Source: Bacteroidales bacterium (lineage in GTDB: Bacteria; Bacteroidota; Bacteroidia; Bacteroidales; Prolixibacteraceae). Taken from it: 51,963 bases of DNA. The number at the start of each line of letters is the position of its first letter. The stretch's first letter is position 1. The position numbers were made by a program, and so were the translations under genes. Location: contig JAAYJR010000538.1 of NCBI GenBank assembly GCA_012522835.1, forward strand, positions 1 through 51,963. The letters are read 5' to 3'. The notes beneath the pieces were generated by a model. It was not told the origin of the DNA. It saw only the letters and a program-made list of their open reading frames with translations, and did not search any database. Below, piece by piece: positions 29,865 to 40,032 of the stretch.

Positions 29865-31337
29865 ATGTCATTTTATTCAGAAAAAATATTGTTTGAAGGT
29901 TTAACTTTTGATGATGTCCTTCTTGTACCTTTGTATTCTGAAGTTTTACCTGTTGATGTAAATCTAACATCACGGTTTTCGAGGTCCATAACTATTAATG
30001 CACCTATCGTAACAGCTGCAATGGACACAGTAACTGAACACAAAATGGCGATTGCCATTGCCAGGGAAGGTGGCATTGGTGTTATCCATAAAAACATGGA
30101 CATTGACGAACAGGCGCACCAGGTAACAACGGTCAAAAGGGCTGAAAACGGGATGATATATGATCCTGTGACCATCACAAGGGAGAAGAAAGTTCAAGAT
30201 GCCATTGATATTATGTCAAAATTTAAAATTGGCGGTATCCCTGTAGTTGACAGTCAGGGCCATTTGGTAGGAATAGTTACTAATCGTGACCTCCGGTTTG
30301 AAAAAGACATGAACAGGCCTATTGAGGAGATAATGACAAAAGAAAACCTTGTCTCCACAACTGAATCAACAAACCTGGAGAAAGCTGCAGAAATTCTGCA
30401 ATATCATAAAATTGAAAAGTTGCCAGTTGTCGATAAAAACAATAAACTGATCGGACTGGTAACTTATAAGGACATAACCAAAGCCAAAGATAAACCTCTG
30501 GCCTGCAAAGATGAAAAAGGCAGGTTAAGAGTGGCTGCCGGCATAGGCATTGCATATAATACAATGGACAGGGTAGATGAACTATTTAATGCCCAGGTTG
30601 ATGCACTGGTTATTGACACAGCACACGCCCACTCAAAAGGGGTGATGGAAATGCTTAAGAAGATAAAATCCAAATATCCGGAAAAAGAGGTAATAGTTGG
30701 CAACATAGGCACTGCTGAAGCTGCAAAGGCACTTGTAAAAGCAGGTGCAGATGCCGTAAAAGTAGGAATAGGTCCCGGATCAATATGTACCACCAGGATA
30801 ATAGCAGGTGTCGGTATTCCTCAGCTTTCGGCTATTTATAGTGTATCACAGGCAATTAAGGGTAGTGGCATTCCTGTAATTGCCGATGGTGGTATCAGGT
30901 ACTCTGGTGATATTGTAAAAGCTATTGCTGCTGGTGCAAACTCGGTTATGGCAGGCGGACTTTTTGCAGGAGTTGAAGAATCTCCGGGGGAGACAATATT
31001 ATACCAGGGACGTAAGTTTAAATCATACAGGGGAATGGGATCGATCGAGGCAATGCAGAAAGGTTCGAAAGACCGGTATTTTCAGGATATGGAAGAAGAT
31101 ATTAAAAAACTTGTCCCTGAAGGTATTACTGCACGGGTTCCCTATAAAGGGACATTGTATGAGGTACTCTACCAACTCATGGGCGGACTCAGGGCAGGAA
31201 TGGGGTATTGCGGAGCCCGGAATATAGAAATGCTGCAGCAGGCAAAATTTACTAAAATTACTAATGCCGGCGTACAGGAAAGTCATCCCCATGACGTATC
31301 TATCACAAGGGAAGCTCCAAATTACAGCTCCCGCTGA
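29865..31337 (+). CDS. guaB: IMP dehydrogenase
   Basis: Catalytic loop [12 protein letters not shown], a CBS pair (IGGIPVVD / IEKLPVVD) and [10 protein letters not shown]. Confidence 0.95.
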   Translation: MSFYSEKILFEGLTFDDVLLVPLYSEVLPVDVNLTSRFSRSITINAPIVTAAMDTVTEHKMAIAIAREGGIGVIHKNMDIDEQAHQVTTVKRAENGMIYDPVTITREKKVQDAIDIMSKFKIGGIPVVDSQGHLVGIVTNRDLRFEKDMNRPIEEIMTKENLVSTTESTNLEKAAEILQYHKIEKLPVVDKNNKLIGLVTYKDITKAKDKPLACKDEKGRLRVAAGIGIAYNTMDRVDELFNAQVDALVIDTAHAHSKGVMEMLKKIKSKYPEKEVIVGNIGTAEAAKALVKAGADAVKVGIGPGSICTTRIIAGVGIPQLSAIYSVSQAIKGSGIPVIADGGIRYSGDIVKAIAAGANSVMAGGLFAGVEESPGETILYQGRKFKSYRGMGSIEAMQKGSKDRYFQDMEEDIKKLVPEGITARVPYKGTLYEVLYQLMGGLRAGMGYCGARNIEMLQQAKFTKITNAGVQESHPHDVSITREAPNYSSR

Positions 31338-31366
31338 TTAATACTGTATTGTCGTATGGAAATGGA

Positions 31367-32233
31367 ATGTTAAATCTTAAAAATACATATAAACTTGTTA
31401 TTGTATCCATGGCCTTTATAGCGGGCTGCATTAACAGTAAAACCCCGGAAGATAAATTGGTTGCAAGGGTTGGCACTATTTCATTGTACCAGTCCGAGAT
31501 CTCTTCCGTGATTCCGCATGATATAAGTCCGGCTGACAGTGCTGTTATGGCCGAAGATTATATTAAAAAATGGGTCAAACAGGAGTTAATGCTTCAAAAA
31601 GCCCAGGAGAACCTGTCACCCGAACAAAAAAATGTCACGCGGGAATTGCAGGATTACAGAAATTCACTTCTTATCTACCGGTTTAAAAATGAGCTGGTGG
31701 CCCAGCGCATGGATACTACGGTTACAGAAGCGGAGATACTGGACTTCTATACAAACAATGCTGACAATTTTAAGCTGAACAATAATATAGTTAAAGCAAT
31801 CTTTATTAAAACACCTAACGAACTTGCTAATCCTGAAGAACTCCGTCAGTTATCTGGTAACAGCAGCGCAGAGGGGATAATTGAATTGCGGGATTACTGC
31901 CTTCGCTATGCAAAAAACTATGAAATTATAACTGACCGCTGGGTGAATTTCGACCTGATTGCAAATAATATCCCCGAATCAATTGAGAAACCAGAACAGT
32001 TCCTGAGACAAAATGATATTTACGAAATGAGCGATTCTACATATTATTATTTTATCTCTATCCATGATTATAAATTAAAAAATGAACTGGCTCCTTTGGA
32101 ATATGTAAAAGATAACATTAAAAACTTAATTTTAAACCGCAGAAAAATTGAATTCCTTAAACAGGTTGAAAATAGTGTATATACCGAAGGAATAAGAAAT
32201 AACACTTTTAAAATTTTTAATTCTGAAAAATAA
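31367..32233 (+). CDS. SurA-N-domain-like periplasmic chaperone lipoprotein (no obvious parvulin domain)
   Basis: The track start at 31349 is a TTG. The in-frame ATG at 31367 gives MLNLKNTYKLVIVSMAFIAGC, a lipoprotein signal. Sits upstream of surA and overlaps it by 1 nt. Confidence 0.55.
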   Translation: MLNLKNTYKLVIVSMAFIAGCINSKTPEDKLVARVGTISLYQSEISSVIPHDISPADSAVMAEDYIKKWVKQELMLQKAQENLSPEQKNVTRELQDYRNSLLIYRFKNELVAQRMDTTVTEAEILDFYTNNADNFKLNNNIVKAIFIKTPNELANPEELRQLSGNSSAEGIIELRDYCLRYAKNYEIITDRWVNFDLIANNIPESIEKPEQFLRQNDIYEMSDSTYYYFISIHDYKLKNELAPLEYVKDNIKNLILNRRKIEFLKQVENSVYTEGIRNNTFKIFNSEK

Positions 32234-33588
32234 TGAAGAATAACTTGAATATAAAAACGGGGTTAATAATTATTCTGTTGCTGGCCATGGGTACAATGCA
32301 TGCACAGGACAGGGTGATTGATCAGATAGTTGCAGTTGTTGGCAGCAATATCATCCTGAAATCAGACATTGAAAAAATGTTTATTGACCAGCAGGCCCAG
32401 GGGATCACAACCGATGGTGACATGAAGTGTGAAATACTGGAAAACTTTTTAATCGACAGGCTCCTGATAGCTGAGGCTGAACTGGACACCCTGATTGAAG
32501 TAACCGATAGTCAGGTTAACCAGCAGATGGACGGGCAGTTACAAATGTATGTTGCCCATTTTGGGTCAGAAAGCGCTGTGGAAAATTATTTTAAAAAGCC
32601 TATTGCAGACATCAGGGCAGAGATGCAGCAGGTTATCAAAAATCAGTTGCTGAGTTCTCAGATGAGAAATAAAATAGTAAAAGACGTTACAATAACTCCC
32701 TCGGAGGTAAGACAGTTTTTCAGGAATCTCTCTGAGGAGGAAATTCCGACTATCCCTCAACAATATGAATATGCACAGATTACCATGAAACCTGCAATAG
32801 ATATTGATGAAGAGAACAGGGTAAAGGCGGAATTGCGTGATCTGAAGAGGAAAATTGAGGAGGGATCAAGTTTTGCAGCAATGGCCGTTATGTACTCTGA
32901 AGGGCCATCAGCTGGTAACGGAGGGGAAATCGGCTATCAGGGCCGTGCCCAGCTTGATCCCGAGTATGCAGCTGTTGCATTTAACCTGAGAGGGGATAAA
33001 ATATCAAATGTTGTGGAAACTGAATTTGGATTTCACATTATTCAGCTAATTGACAGGCAGGGAGAAAAAGTTAATACAAGGCATATCCTGATGAAACCAA
33101 AAGTTACTGCTGAAGCAAAAGAACAGGCGTTTAACCGTCTCGACAGCCTGGCAAATATGATCAGAAAAGAAGAGATCTCATTTGCTGAGGCAGCAAGGTT
33201 ATTCTCCTCTGATAAAAACACAAGAAATAATGGAGGAATAGCTATCAGCCAGTACTCCATGTCTTCCAAATTTACCATCGAAGAGCTTGACGGAGATGTT
33301 AGCAAAATACTTCCCTCCCTAAAAATCAACGAATTATCAGATCCATTTGAAACCCTTGATCCCGAAAGCAGGCAAACTGTTTTTAAAATTGTTAAGCTTA
33401 TAGAAAAAACGGAGGCACATAAAGCAAATCTGCAAAAAGACTACCAGCAACTTGCTGATATGTTCCTGGAACAAAAAAAGGAGAAAGTATTGGAACAATG
33501 GATAAGTGACAAACAGGCACAAACATACATAAGAATTGATCCTACATATGCTAACTGCAATTTTGAATTCAACAACTGGGTCAAGTAA
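32233..33588 (+). CDS. surA: Peptidyl-prolyl cis-trans isomerase, SurA-like (parvulin domains)
   Basis: Signal peptide. SurA-N-like VDQIVAVVGSNIILKSD. Parvulin block GGEIGYQGRAQLDPEYAAVAF...TEFGFHIIQL. Confidence 0.8.
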   Translation: MKNNLNIKTGLIIILLLAMGTMHAQDRVIDQIVAVVGSNIILKSDIEKMFIDQQAQGITTDGDMKCEILENFLIDRLLIAEAELDTLIEVTDSQVNQQMDGQLQMYVAHFGSESAVENYFKKPIADIRAEMQQVIKNQLLSSQMRNKIVKDVTITPSEVRQFFRNLSEEEIPTIPQQYEYAQITMKPAIDIDEENRVKAELRDLKRKIEEGSSFAAMAVMYSEGPSAGNGGEIGYQGRAQLDPEYAAVAFNLRGDKISNVVETEFGFHIIQLIDRQGEKVNTRHILMKPKVTAEAKEQAFNRLDSLANMIRKEEISFAEAARLFSSDKNTRNNGGIAISQYSMSSKFTIEELDGDVSKILPSLKINELSDPFETLDPESRQTVFKIVKLIEKTEAHKANLQKDYQQLADMFLEQKKEKVLEQWISDKQAQTYIRIDPTYANCNFEFNNWVK

Positions 33589-33600
33589 GAATTAGTAATC

Positions 33601-34563
33601 ATGAAGCTTAAAAATGACGTTGAAGCGCTGGATGCCCTGCGCGATAAATTTCAAAATCTACTGGATGAAATCACCACAGTGATCTACGGACAGGATAAAG
33701 TGATCACGGAGGTGCTTGTATCACTCTTCAGCAGGGGGCATGTGCTTCTTATCGGGGTACCCGGACTGGCAAAGACACTAATGGTAACGACCATTGCTAA
33801 AATTCTTGGACTGAAATATAACCGGATACAATTCACTCCCGACCTGATGCCTTCTGACATAATAGGTACTGAAATTTTGGATAAAGAGAGACAGTTCAGG
33901 TTTGTCAAAGGTCCCCTTTTTGCTAATATTATCCTTGCCGATGAGATAAACCGTACCCCTCCTAAAACCCAGTCGGCACTTCTGGAAGCAATGCAGGAAC
34001 AGGCTGTCACATCAGCAGGACAACGCTTTGAACTGGAAAGTCCTTTTTTTGTACTGGCAACTCAAAATCCTATTGAACAGGAAGGCACATACCCACTTCC
34101 CGAAGCCCAGCTCGACAGGTTTATGTTTTCTGTGTGGCTCGACTACCCAAGGTATGAAGATGAGATTATAATTGTTAAAAATACAACTTCTAACCTGCTG
34201 TTTGAACTTAAACCGGTAATTACCGGACAAGAAATAATTTTTTACCAGCAACTTATCAGGAAGATCCCTATTAATGATAATGTACTGAATTATGCTGTTA
34301 CCCTGGCTGCAAAGACAAGGCCCGGAAACGGAATGGCAGCCGGAATTGCAGAACAGTACCTTAAATGGGGCGCAGGTCCCAGGGCTTCACAATACCTGGT
34401 GATTGGAGCAAAAACTCATGCTGCTCTCCATGGAAAATATTCTCCTGACATTGAAGATGTTAAAGCTGTAGCACCGTCAATTCTAAGACACAGGATTATC
34501 AAAAACTACAAAGCTGAAGCTGAAAATATTTCGGTAGAACAAATAATTGAAGAACTAATTTAA
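33601..34563 (+). CDS. moxR: MoxR-family AAA+ ATPase
   Basis: Walker A GVPGLAKT, Walker B ILADEINRTPPKTQSALLEAMQE, and LATQNPIEQEGTYPLPEAQLDRF. Confidence 0.9.
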   Translation: MKLKNDVEALDALRDKFQNLLDEITTVIYGQDKVITEVLVSLFSRGHVLLIGVPGLAKTLMVTTIAKILGLKYNRIQFTPDLMPSDIIGTEILDKERQFRFVKGPLFANIILADEINRTPPKTQSALLEAMQEQAVTSAGQRFELESPFFVLATQNPIEQEGTYPLPEAQLDRFMFSVWLDYPRYEDEIIIVKNTTSNLLFELKPVITGQEIIFYQQLIRKIPINDNVLNYAVTLAAKTRPGNGMAAGIAEQYLKWGAGPRASQYLVIGAKTHAALHGKYSPDIEDVKAVAPSILRHRIIKNYKAEAENISVEQIIEELI

Positions 34564-36137
34564 TGTTTTTACTGATGGTCAATAAGGAGTTAGCCGGCCT
34601 CCTTACCCGGTTTTCCCTGGTAATGATACTCCTTTTGGCCTTTTCCCCAACATTCTCCCAGACAAAAAAAAGGGTAGATATTGAACAGGCTGATTACCTG
34701 GAATCAAGTGAACACATAGCTGCTAATGCACAGAGGCTTTTAGGGAATGTAAGAATCAGGCATCAGGATATTCTCATGTGGTGCGACAGCGCTTATACAT
34801 ACACAGGCACAAACAGAGTTGATGCGTTCGGGAATGTCCGTATAAACCAGGGTGATACAATTGATCTGTATGCAAATACAATATTCTATGACGGAGACAT
34901 CAGTTTTGCCAGGGCATCCGGCAATGTTAAACTACTTAATAAATCAACTACCCTCTTCTGTGACACTCTTGAATATGATATCGAATCAAATATTGGCTAT
35001 TATGATACAGGTGGTAAAATTGTTGACAGCACAAATATTTTAACAAGCATTATTGCAAGGTATTATTTAGATCTGGACATGATCTATTTCTATGAAGATG
35101 TAAATGCCTATAATGATGACTATACCCTTGAAAATGATACTCTTATATATAACACTAATTCAGGGTTATATCTTATAAAAGGACCGACAACAATTCGTGA
35201 CTCAGCGTATACTCTCTATGCAGAAGACGGTTGGTATAATTCAAAGACCGGAGAAGCTGAACTTACAGAGCACGCGCGCGTTTTTGATGAAAAGCAGGAA
35301 CTGAGGGCAGATTACATAAGATATAATGAAACTGACGGGAAAGGGAAAGCTCTGGGGAATGTACATATTCAGGATTATGAAAATAAAATTATAGTAACCG
35401 GTGAAACTGCGGCTTATTCAGATGAATTTGAAATTGCCACTGTTACAGACTCTGCCCTGTTTCAAATGTATTCAGAGGAAGACACTCTTTTTCTTCATGC
35501 CGATACATTGCGGACTGTACCTGATACTATCGAAGGAGAAAAGCTTGTCATGGCCTTCTATGGAACCCGATTTTTTCGTACAGATCTTCAGGGTGTCTGC
35601 GATTCCCTGGTCTATTTCTCTAAAGACTCCGTAGTTGAACTTCATCATAATCCGGTAATATGGTCTGAAATACATCAGTTAAGTGCTGACATGATAAATA
35701 TGAAACAAAATACCGGCGCCCCCGACGAGATTCATTTATTAAACAACAGCTTTATAATCTCAAAATTAGATTCAGGCAGGTTCGACCAGATAAAAGGGAG
35801 GGAAATGGTTGGATTTATAACCGATAACAAACTCTCAAAAATAGATGTTAATGGAAGTGGACAGACACTCTATTATGCAAGGGAGGATACAACGATTATA
35901 GGACTAAACAAAGCTGAAAGCAGCAGAATAGCAATACAATTCAGGGAAGAAAAAATTTATAGGATCTCATTTCTTCAGTCTCCGCTGGGAACATTAAAAC
36001 CTCTTTTTGATGTAACCGAGGAGGAGAAAAAACTCAGCGGCTTCGATTGGAAAATTTCCCTTCGCCCGATGTCAAAGGAGGACCTGTTTATACATAATGC
36101 CCGGGAGCCAGATAAAATAAACAACATTCAACCCTGA
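34563..36137 (+). CDS. OstA/LptA-like beta-jellyroll repeat protein (LPS-transport-related), secreted
   Basis: Signal peptide. Repeated OstA_N-like segments (GNVRIRHQD..., GNVRINQGD..., GNVKLLNKS..., GNVHIQD...). The ATG overlaps the moxR stop (TAATG). Confidence 0.6.
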   Translation: MFLLMVNKELAGLLTRFSLVMILLLAFSPTFSQTKKRVDIEQADYLESSEHIAANAQRLLGNVRIRHQDILMWCDSAYTYTGTNRVDAFGNVRINQGDTIDLYANTIFYDGDISFARASGNVKLLNKSTTLFCDTLEYDIESNIGYYDTGGKIVDSTNILTSIIARYYLDLDMIYFYEDVNAYNDDYTLENDTLIYNTNSGLYLIKGPTTIRDSAYTLYAEDGWYNSKTGEAELTEHARVFDEKQELRADYIRYNETDGKGKALGNVHIQDYENKIIVTGETAAYSDEFEIATVTDSALFQMYSEEDTLFLHADTLRTVPDTIEGEKLVMAFYGTRFFRTDLQGVCDSLVYFSKDSVVELHHNPVIWSEIHQLSADMINMKQNTGAPDEIHLLNNSFIISKLDSGRFDQIKGREMVGFITDNKLSKIDVNGSGQTLYYAREDTTIIGLNKAESSRIAIQFREEKIYRISFLQSPLGTLKPLFDVTEEEKKLSGFDWKISLRPMSKEDLFIHNAREPDKINNIQP

Positions 36138-36307
36138 ATCTGTATAAAACCTGAATATTATTGTAGCATCCCGTCCGGATGTTGACCTGTTAATTTTTGA
36201 TTAAAATAACATTAAATGTTAATTCTGTTATTAATTTTATTCAATAATTATCATCAACTTCTTTTCATTTAAAAAAATATTTTAATATTTGCATCAGAAC
36301 ATAAAAA

Positions 36308-36379
36308 ATGAAGTTAATAAGTAACATATCAATTCTCAGCCTTATTATTGGCATTATTCTTCTAGACAAGAATAAATGA
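36308..36379 (+). CDS. Leader peptide of the leu/ilv-type operon (23 aa, 7 Ile + 5 Leu)
   Basis: ATG AAG TTA ATA AGT AAC ATA TCA ATT CTC AGC CTT ATT ATT GGC ATT ATT CTT CTA GAC AAG AAT AAA TGA translates to MKLISNISILSLIIGIILLDKNK. It is followed directly by alternative hairpins and a U-tract terminator, 110 nt upstream of leuA. Confidence 0.7.
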   Translation: MKLISNISILSLIIGIILLDKNK

Positions 36380-36449
36380 GAATGGTATGTAGTTAATCTT
36401 ATAAAAAAACAAGAGTAAGCCATTCTCATAAAAAGAGGATGGCTTTTTT
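36354..36449 (+). promoter_or_regulatory. Transcription attenuator with mutually exclusive antiterminator and terminator helices
   Basis: Helix 1:2 pairs TTATTCTT (36354-61) with AAGAATAA (36368-75). The antiterminator pairs ATGAGAATGG (36376-85) with CCATTCTCAT (36420-29), 10 perfect bp. The terminator pairs AGCCATTCTC (36418-27) with GAGGATGGCT (36435-44, one G-U) and runs into TTTTTT (36444-49). Confidence 0.7.
36418..36449 (+). terminator. Intrinsic terminator of the leu leader
   Basis: 10-bp stem, 7-nt loop (ATAAAAA) and a 6-T tract that ends 40 nt before the leuA ATG. Confidence 0.7.
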
Positions 36450-36488
36450 CGTAAAATAAACAGGATATAATTAAACATTTATAAAACG

Positions 36489-37994
36489 ATGAGTGATAAA
36501 CTTTATATTTTTGATACCACCCTGCGCGACGGCGAGCAGGTTCCCGGATGTCAGTTGAACACAGTGGAAAAAATTGAAGTTGCCAAAGCTCTGCAGGAAC
36601 TGGGAGTTGATATAATTGAAGCAGGATTTCCAATTTCCAGTCCGGGTGACTTTGAATCAGTGGTTGAGATTTCTAAAGCGGTAACCTGGCCTACGATTTG
36701 TGCCCTGACCCGCGCAGTTCAAAAAGATATTGATGTGGCTGCCGAATCCCTGAAATATGCAAAAAAAGGCAGAATTCACACCGGTATCGGCACCTCTTAT
36801 TATCATATCTACAAAAAGCTGAATTCTAATCCGGAGGCTATTATTGAGCGGGCTGTTGAAGCTGTTAAATATGCAAAAAAATATGTTGAGGATGTAGAGT
36901 TTTATGCAGAGGACGCAGGCCGGACAGATAATGAATATCTTGCAAAAGTTGTGGAAGCTGTTATTAAAGCAGGTGCGACAGTCGTTAACATTCCTGATAC
37001 TACAGGGTACTGCCTGCCTCAGGAATTTGGAGAGAAGATAAAATACCTTCACGAAAATGTAAGTGGCATACATAAGGCAATAATCTCTACACATTGTCAT
37101 AATGACCTGGGTATGGCAACTGCCAACACTGTTTCAGGAATAATAAATGGTGCACGACAAGCTGAGGTGACTATCAACGGAATTGGGGAACGTGCAGGCA
37201 ATACCTCACTTGAAGAGGTGGTTATGATCATGAAGAGCCGTTATAAGGTCCTCGGTATCAAAACAGGCATAAACACGAAAAATATTTACCGCACCAGCAG
37301 ACTGGTTTCTACTCTGATGAATATGCCGGTACAGCCCAATAAGGCAATAGTCGGACGAAATGCTTTTGCCCACTCTTCAGGTATCCACCAGGACGGGGTA
37401 TTGAAGCATCGCGAAAATTATGAGATCATGGATCCTGTCGATGTGGGAATCAATGAGTCAGTTATCTTGCTGACAGCACGCAGCGGACGGGCTGCACTAA
37501 AACACCGTCTTGAAATAATGGGGTATAAACTCAGTAAAGAGAAGCTGGATGAGATATATGAGGAATTTTTGAAACTTGCTGATAAGAAAAAAGATATCCG
37601 TGACGACGATATAGCTCTGCTGGCAGGTGATGCACGACGTAAAGAGCATCGAATTAAACTGGATTTCTTACAGGTACTGACAGGAAAAAATATTGTGCCT
37701 GCTGCTATTGTCAGACTGGATATAGCAGGAGAAAAATTTGATGCAACATCAACGGGTAACGGTCCTGTAGATGCTGCAATAAAGGCAGTTAAGCAGATAA
37801 TTCGCAGACAGGTCTCAATTGAAGAGTTCCTCGTTCAGGCTATCACCCGGGGTAGCGATGATATTGGAAAAGTACATATGCAAATACAATATAATGACTC
37901 AATATATAACGGATTTGGTGCACATACAGATATTGTAACTGCTTCAGTAGAAGCGTTTCTGGATGCAGTAAATAAATTTCCGGTTAGTCAGTAA
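36489..37994 (+). CDS. leuA: 2-isopropylmalate synthase
   Basis: [23 protein letters not shown], and a C-terminal LeuA allosteric domain. Confidence 0.9.
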   Translation: MSDKLYIFDTTLRDGEQVPGCQLNTVEKIEVAKALQELGVDIIEAGFPISSPGDFESVVEISKAVTWPTICALTRAVQKDIDVAAESLKYAKKGRIHTGIGTSYYHIYKKLNSNPEAIIERAVEAVKYAKKYVEDVEFYAEDAGRTDNEYLAKVVEAVIKAGATVVNIPDTTGYCLPQEFGEKIKYLHENVSGIHKAIISTHCHNDLGMATANTVSGIINGARQAEVTINGIGERAGNTSLEEVVMIMKSRYKVLGIKTGINTKNIYRTSRLVSTLMNMPVQPNKAIVGRNAFAHSSGIHQDGVLKHRENYEIMDPVDVGINESVILLTARSGRAALKHRLEIMGYKLSKEKLDEIYEEFLKLADKKKDIRDDDIALLAGDARRKEHRIKLDFLQVLTGKNIVPAAIVRLDIAGEKFDATSTGNGPVDAAIKAVKQIIRRQVSIEEFLVQAITRGSDDIGKVHMQIQYNDSIYNGFGAHTDIVTASVEAFLDAVNKFPVSQ

Positions 37995-38010
37995 TATAAA
38001 AATAAGATCA

Positions 38011-39411
38011 ATGACAGCAAAAACATTATTTGATAAAATATGGGATTCACACATAGTGAAATCAGTCAAAGGGGGGCCTGATGTTTTATATATCGACCGC
38101 CATCTGATTCATGAAGTAACAAGCCCTGTGGCTTTTCTGGGACTTAAACAGCGGGGATTAAAGGTTTTCAGGCCTGATCAGACCACTGCTACTCCTGATC
38201 ATAATGTACCAACTGAAAACCAGCATCTTACAATATTGGATGAATTATCACGCCACCAGGTGGAGATGCTTAGGAAAAATTGTAACGAACATGGTATTAA
38301 ATATCATGACCTTCAGACAGAAGGACATGGCATAGTGCATATTATCGGACCTGAAATGGGACTAACACAACCAGGAATGACAATTGTGTGTGGTGACAGC
38401 CATACGTCAACTCATGGTGCATTTGGTGCTATCGCCTTTGGAATCGGTACCAGCGAGGTGGAGATGGTACTGGCCAGCCAGTGTATTATGCAGCCCAAAC
38501 CAAAAAAAATGAGGATAACGGTTACAGGCCAGCTCAGGAAAGGTGTTACTGCTAAAGATATTGCCCTGTATATAATATCACAAATTTCCACAAGTGGTGG
38601 CACCGGCCATTTTATTGAGTATGAAGGCAGTGCAATCACCGGACTGTCGATGGAGGGCAGAATGACCCTGTGTAACCTTAGCATTGAGAGCGGTGCCAGG
38701 GGCGGTATGATAGCGCCCGATGAGACCACTGTAAACTATATTAAAGGAAGAGAATATGCACCGAAAGGAAGCGACTGGGAGAAAGCATTAGTATCCTGGA
38801 GTGAGCTGAAATCAGACGAAGGTGCACAGTTCGATATGGAGTATACTTTCAACGCTGATGATATAGAGCCGATGATTACATATGGCACTAACCCGGGGAT
38901 GGGAATCGGAATAACAGGATCTATTCCCACTACAGAAAATATGACTGACAATGACAAAAATAACTTCACTAAGTCATTGAATTATATGGGATATTCAGAG
39001 GGTGAAACTATGCTTGGCAAAAAAGTAGATTATGTTTTTCTGGGCAGCTGTACCAATGGAAGGATTGAGGACTTCAGGGCGTTTGCTTATTTTGTGAAAG
39101 GGAAGAAAAAATCACCTGAGGTCACAGCCTGGCTTGTACCCGGATCACGACAGGTTGAAAAGCAGATTCGGGAAGAGGGACTTACAGAAATTCTGGAAGC
39201 AGCTGGATTTCAGTTACGTCAGCCGGGGTGTTCAGCTTGCCTGGCTATGAATGATGACAAAATACCGGAAGGCAAATATGCAGTCTCTACAACAAACAGA
39301 AATTTCGAAGGACGTCAGGGACCCGGTGCAAGAACATTACTTGCCAGTCCGCTGACAGCAGCAGCAGCAGCTTTGACCGGAGTGATAACTGATCCCAGAA
39401 AATTCCTATAA
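38011..39411 (+). CDS. leuC: 3-isopropylmalate dehydratase large subunit
   Basis: Aconitase-family motifs VCGDSHT and [12 protein letters not shown], plus NRNFEGRQG. Confidence 0.95.
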   Translation: MTAKTLFDKIWDSHIVKSVKGGPDVLYIDRHLIHEVTSPVAFLGLKQRGLKVFRPDQTTATPDHNVPTENQHLTILDELSRHQVEMLRKNCNEHGIKYHDLQTEGHGIVHIIGPEMGLTQPGMTIVCGDSHTSTHGAFGAIAFGIGTSEVEMVLASQCIMQPKPKKMRITVTGQLRKGVTAKDIALYIISQISTSGGTGHFIEYEGSAITGLSMEGRMTLCNLSIESGARGGMIAPDETTVNYIKGREYAPKGSDWEKALVSWSELKSDEGAQFDMEYTFNADDIEPMITYGTNPGMGIGITGSIPTTENMTDNDKNNFTKSLNYMGYSEGETMLGKKVDYVFLGSCTNGRIEDFRAFAYFVKGKKKSPEVTAWLVPGSRQVEKQIREEGLTEILEAAGFQLRQPGCSACLAMNDDKIPEGKYAVSTTNRNFEGRQGPGARTLLASPLTAAAAALTGVITDPRKFL

Positions 39412-39430
39412 TATTTTAATATTCAACAAT

Positions 39431-40021
39431 ATGGCTTACGATAAATTTTCAAAGATAATCTCCCCGGCGGTACCCTTACAAGCCGAGAATGTAGACACAG
39501 ACCAGATAATTCCGGCAAGATTTTTAAAAGCAACAGAACGGAAAGGATTCGGAGATAACCTTTTTCGCGACTGGAGATATAATAAAGACGGAAGTCCTAA
39601 AGCCGGGTTCCCTCTTAATGAGGATAAATATTCAGGAAAGATATTGGTCGCAGGTAAAAATTTCGGTAGCGGATCAAGCCGCGAACATGCCGCCTGGGCT
39701 ATCTATGACTACGGATTCAGAGTCGTGGTCTCCAGCTTCTTTGCTGATATATTCAAAAATAACGCAATCAATAACGGCTTGTTACCGATTGTTGTTTCAC
39801 CGGATTTTTTGCAAAAGATTTTTATTTCAATTGATAAAGATCCCCAAGCAAAATTTATGGCAGACCTAGATAAACAACAATTTACAATCCTTGATACCAA
39901 CGAATCAGAGTATTTCGAAATCAATGCATATAAAAAGCATTGTTTAAAAAACGGACTTGACGATATCGACTATCTCGTGGCAATGAAAAAGGAGATAGCA
40001 GATTTCGAAAAAGCAAAGTAA
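39431..40021 (+). CDS. leuD: 3-isopropylmalate dehydratase small subunit
   Basis: NFGSGSSREHAAWA swivel-domain motif. 196 aa, directly after leuC. Confidence 0.9.
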   Translation: MAYDKFSKIISPAVPLQAENVDTDQIIPARFLKATERKGFGDNLFRDWRYNKDGSPKAGFPLNEDKYSGKILVAGKNFGSGSSREHAAWAIYDYGFRVVVSSFFADIFKNNAINNGLLPIVVSPDFLQKIFISIDKDPQAKFMADLDKQQFTILDTNESEYFEINAYKKHCLKNGLDDIDYLVAMKKEIADFEKAK

Positions 40022-40032
40022 AATTTATTACC

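Noticed and set aside
36265-36633. A 122-aa minus-strand ORF spanning the leu leader region and the leuA start.
   Set aside because: It overlaps the leuA N-terminus and the leader/terminator. Its sequence has no recognisable features. The plus-strand leader peptide and hairpins explain this region much better.
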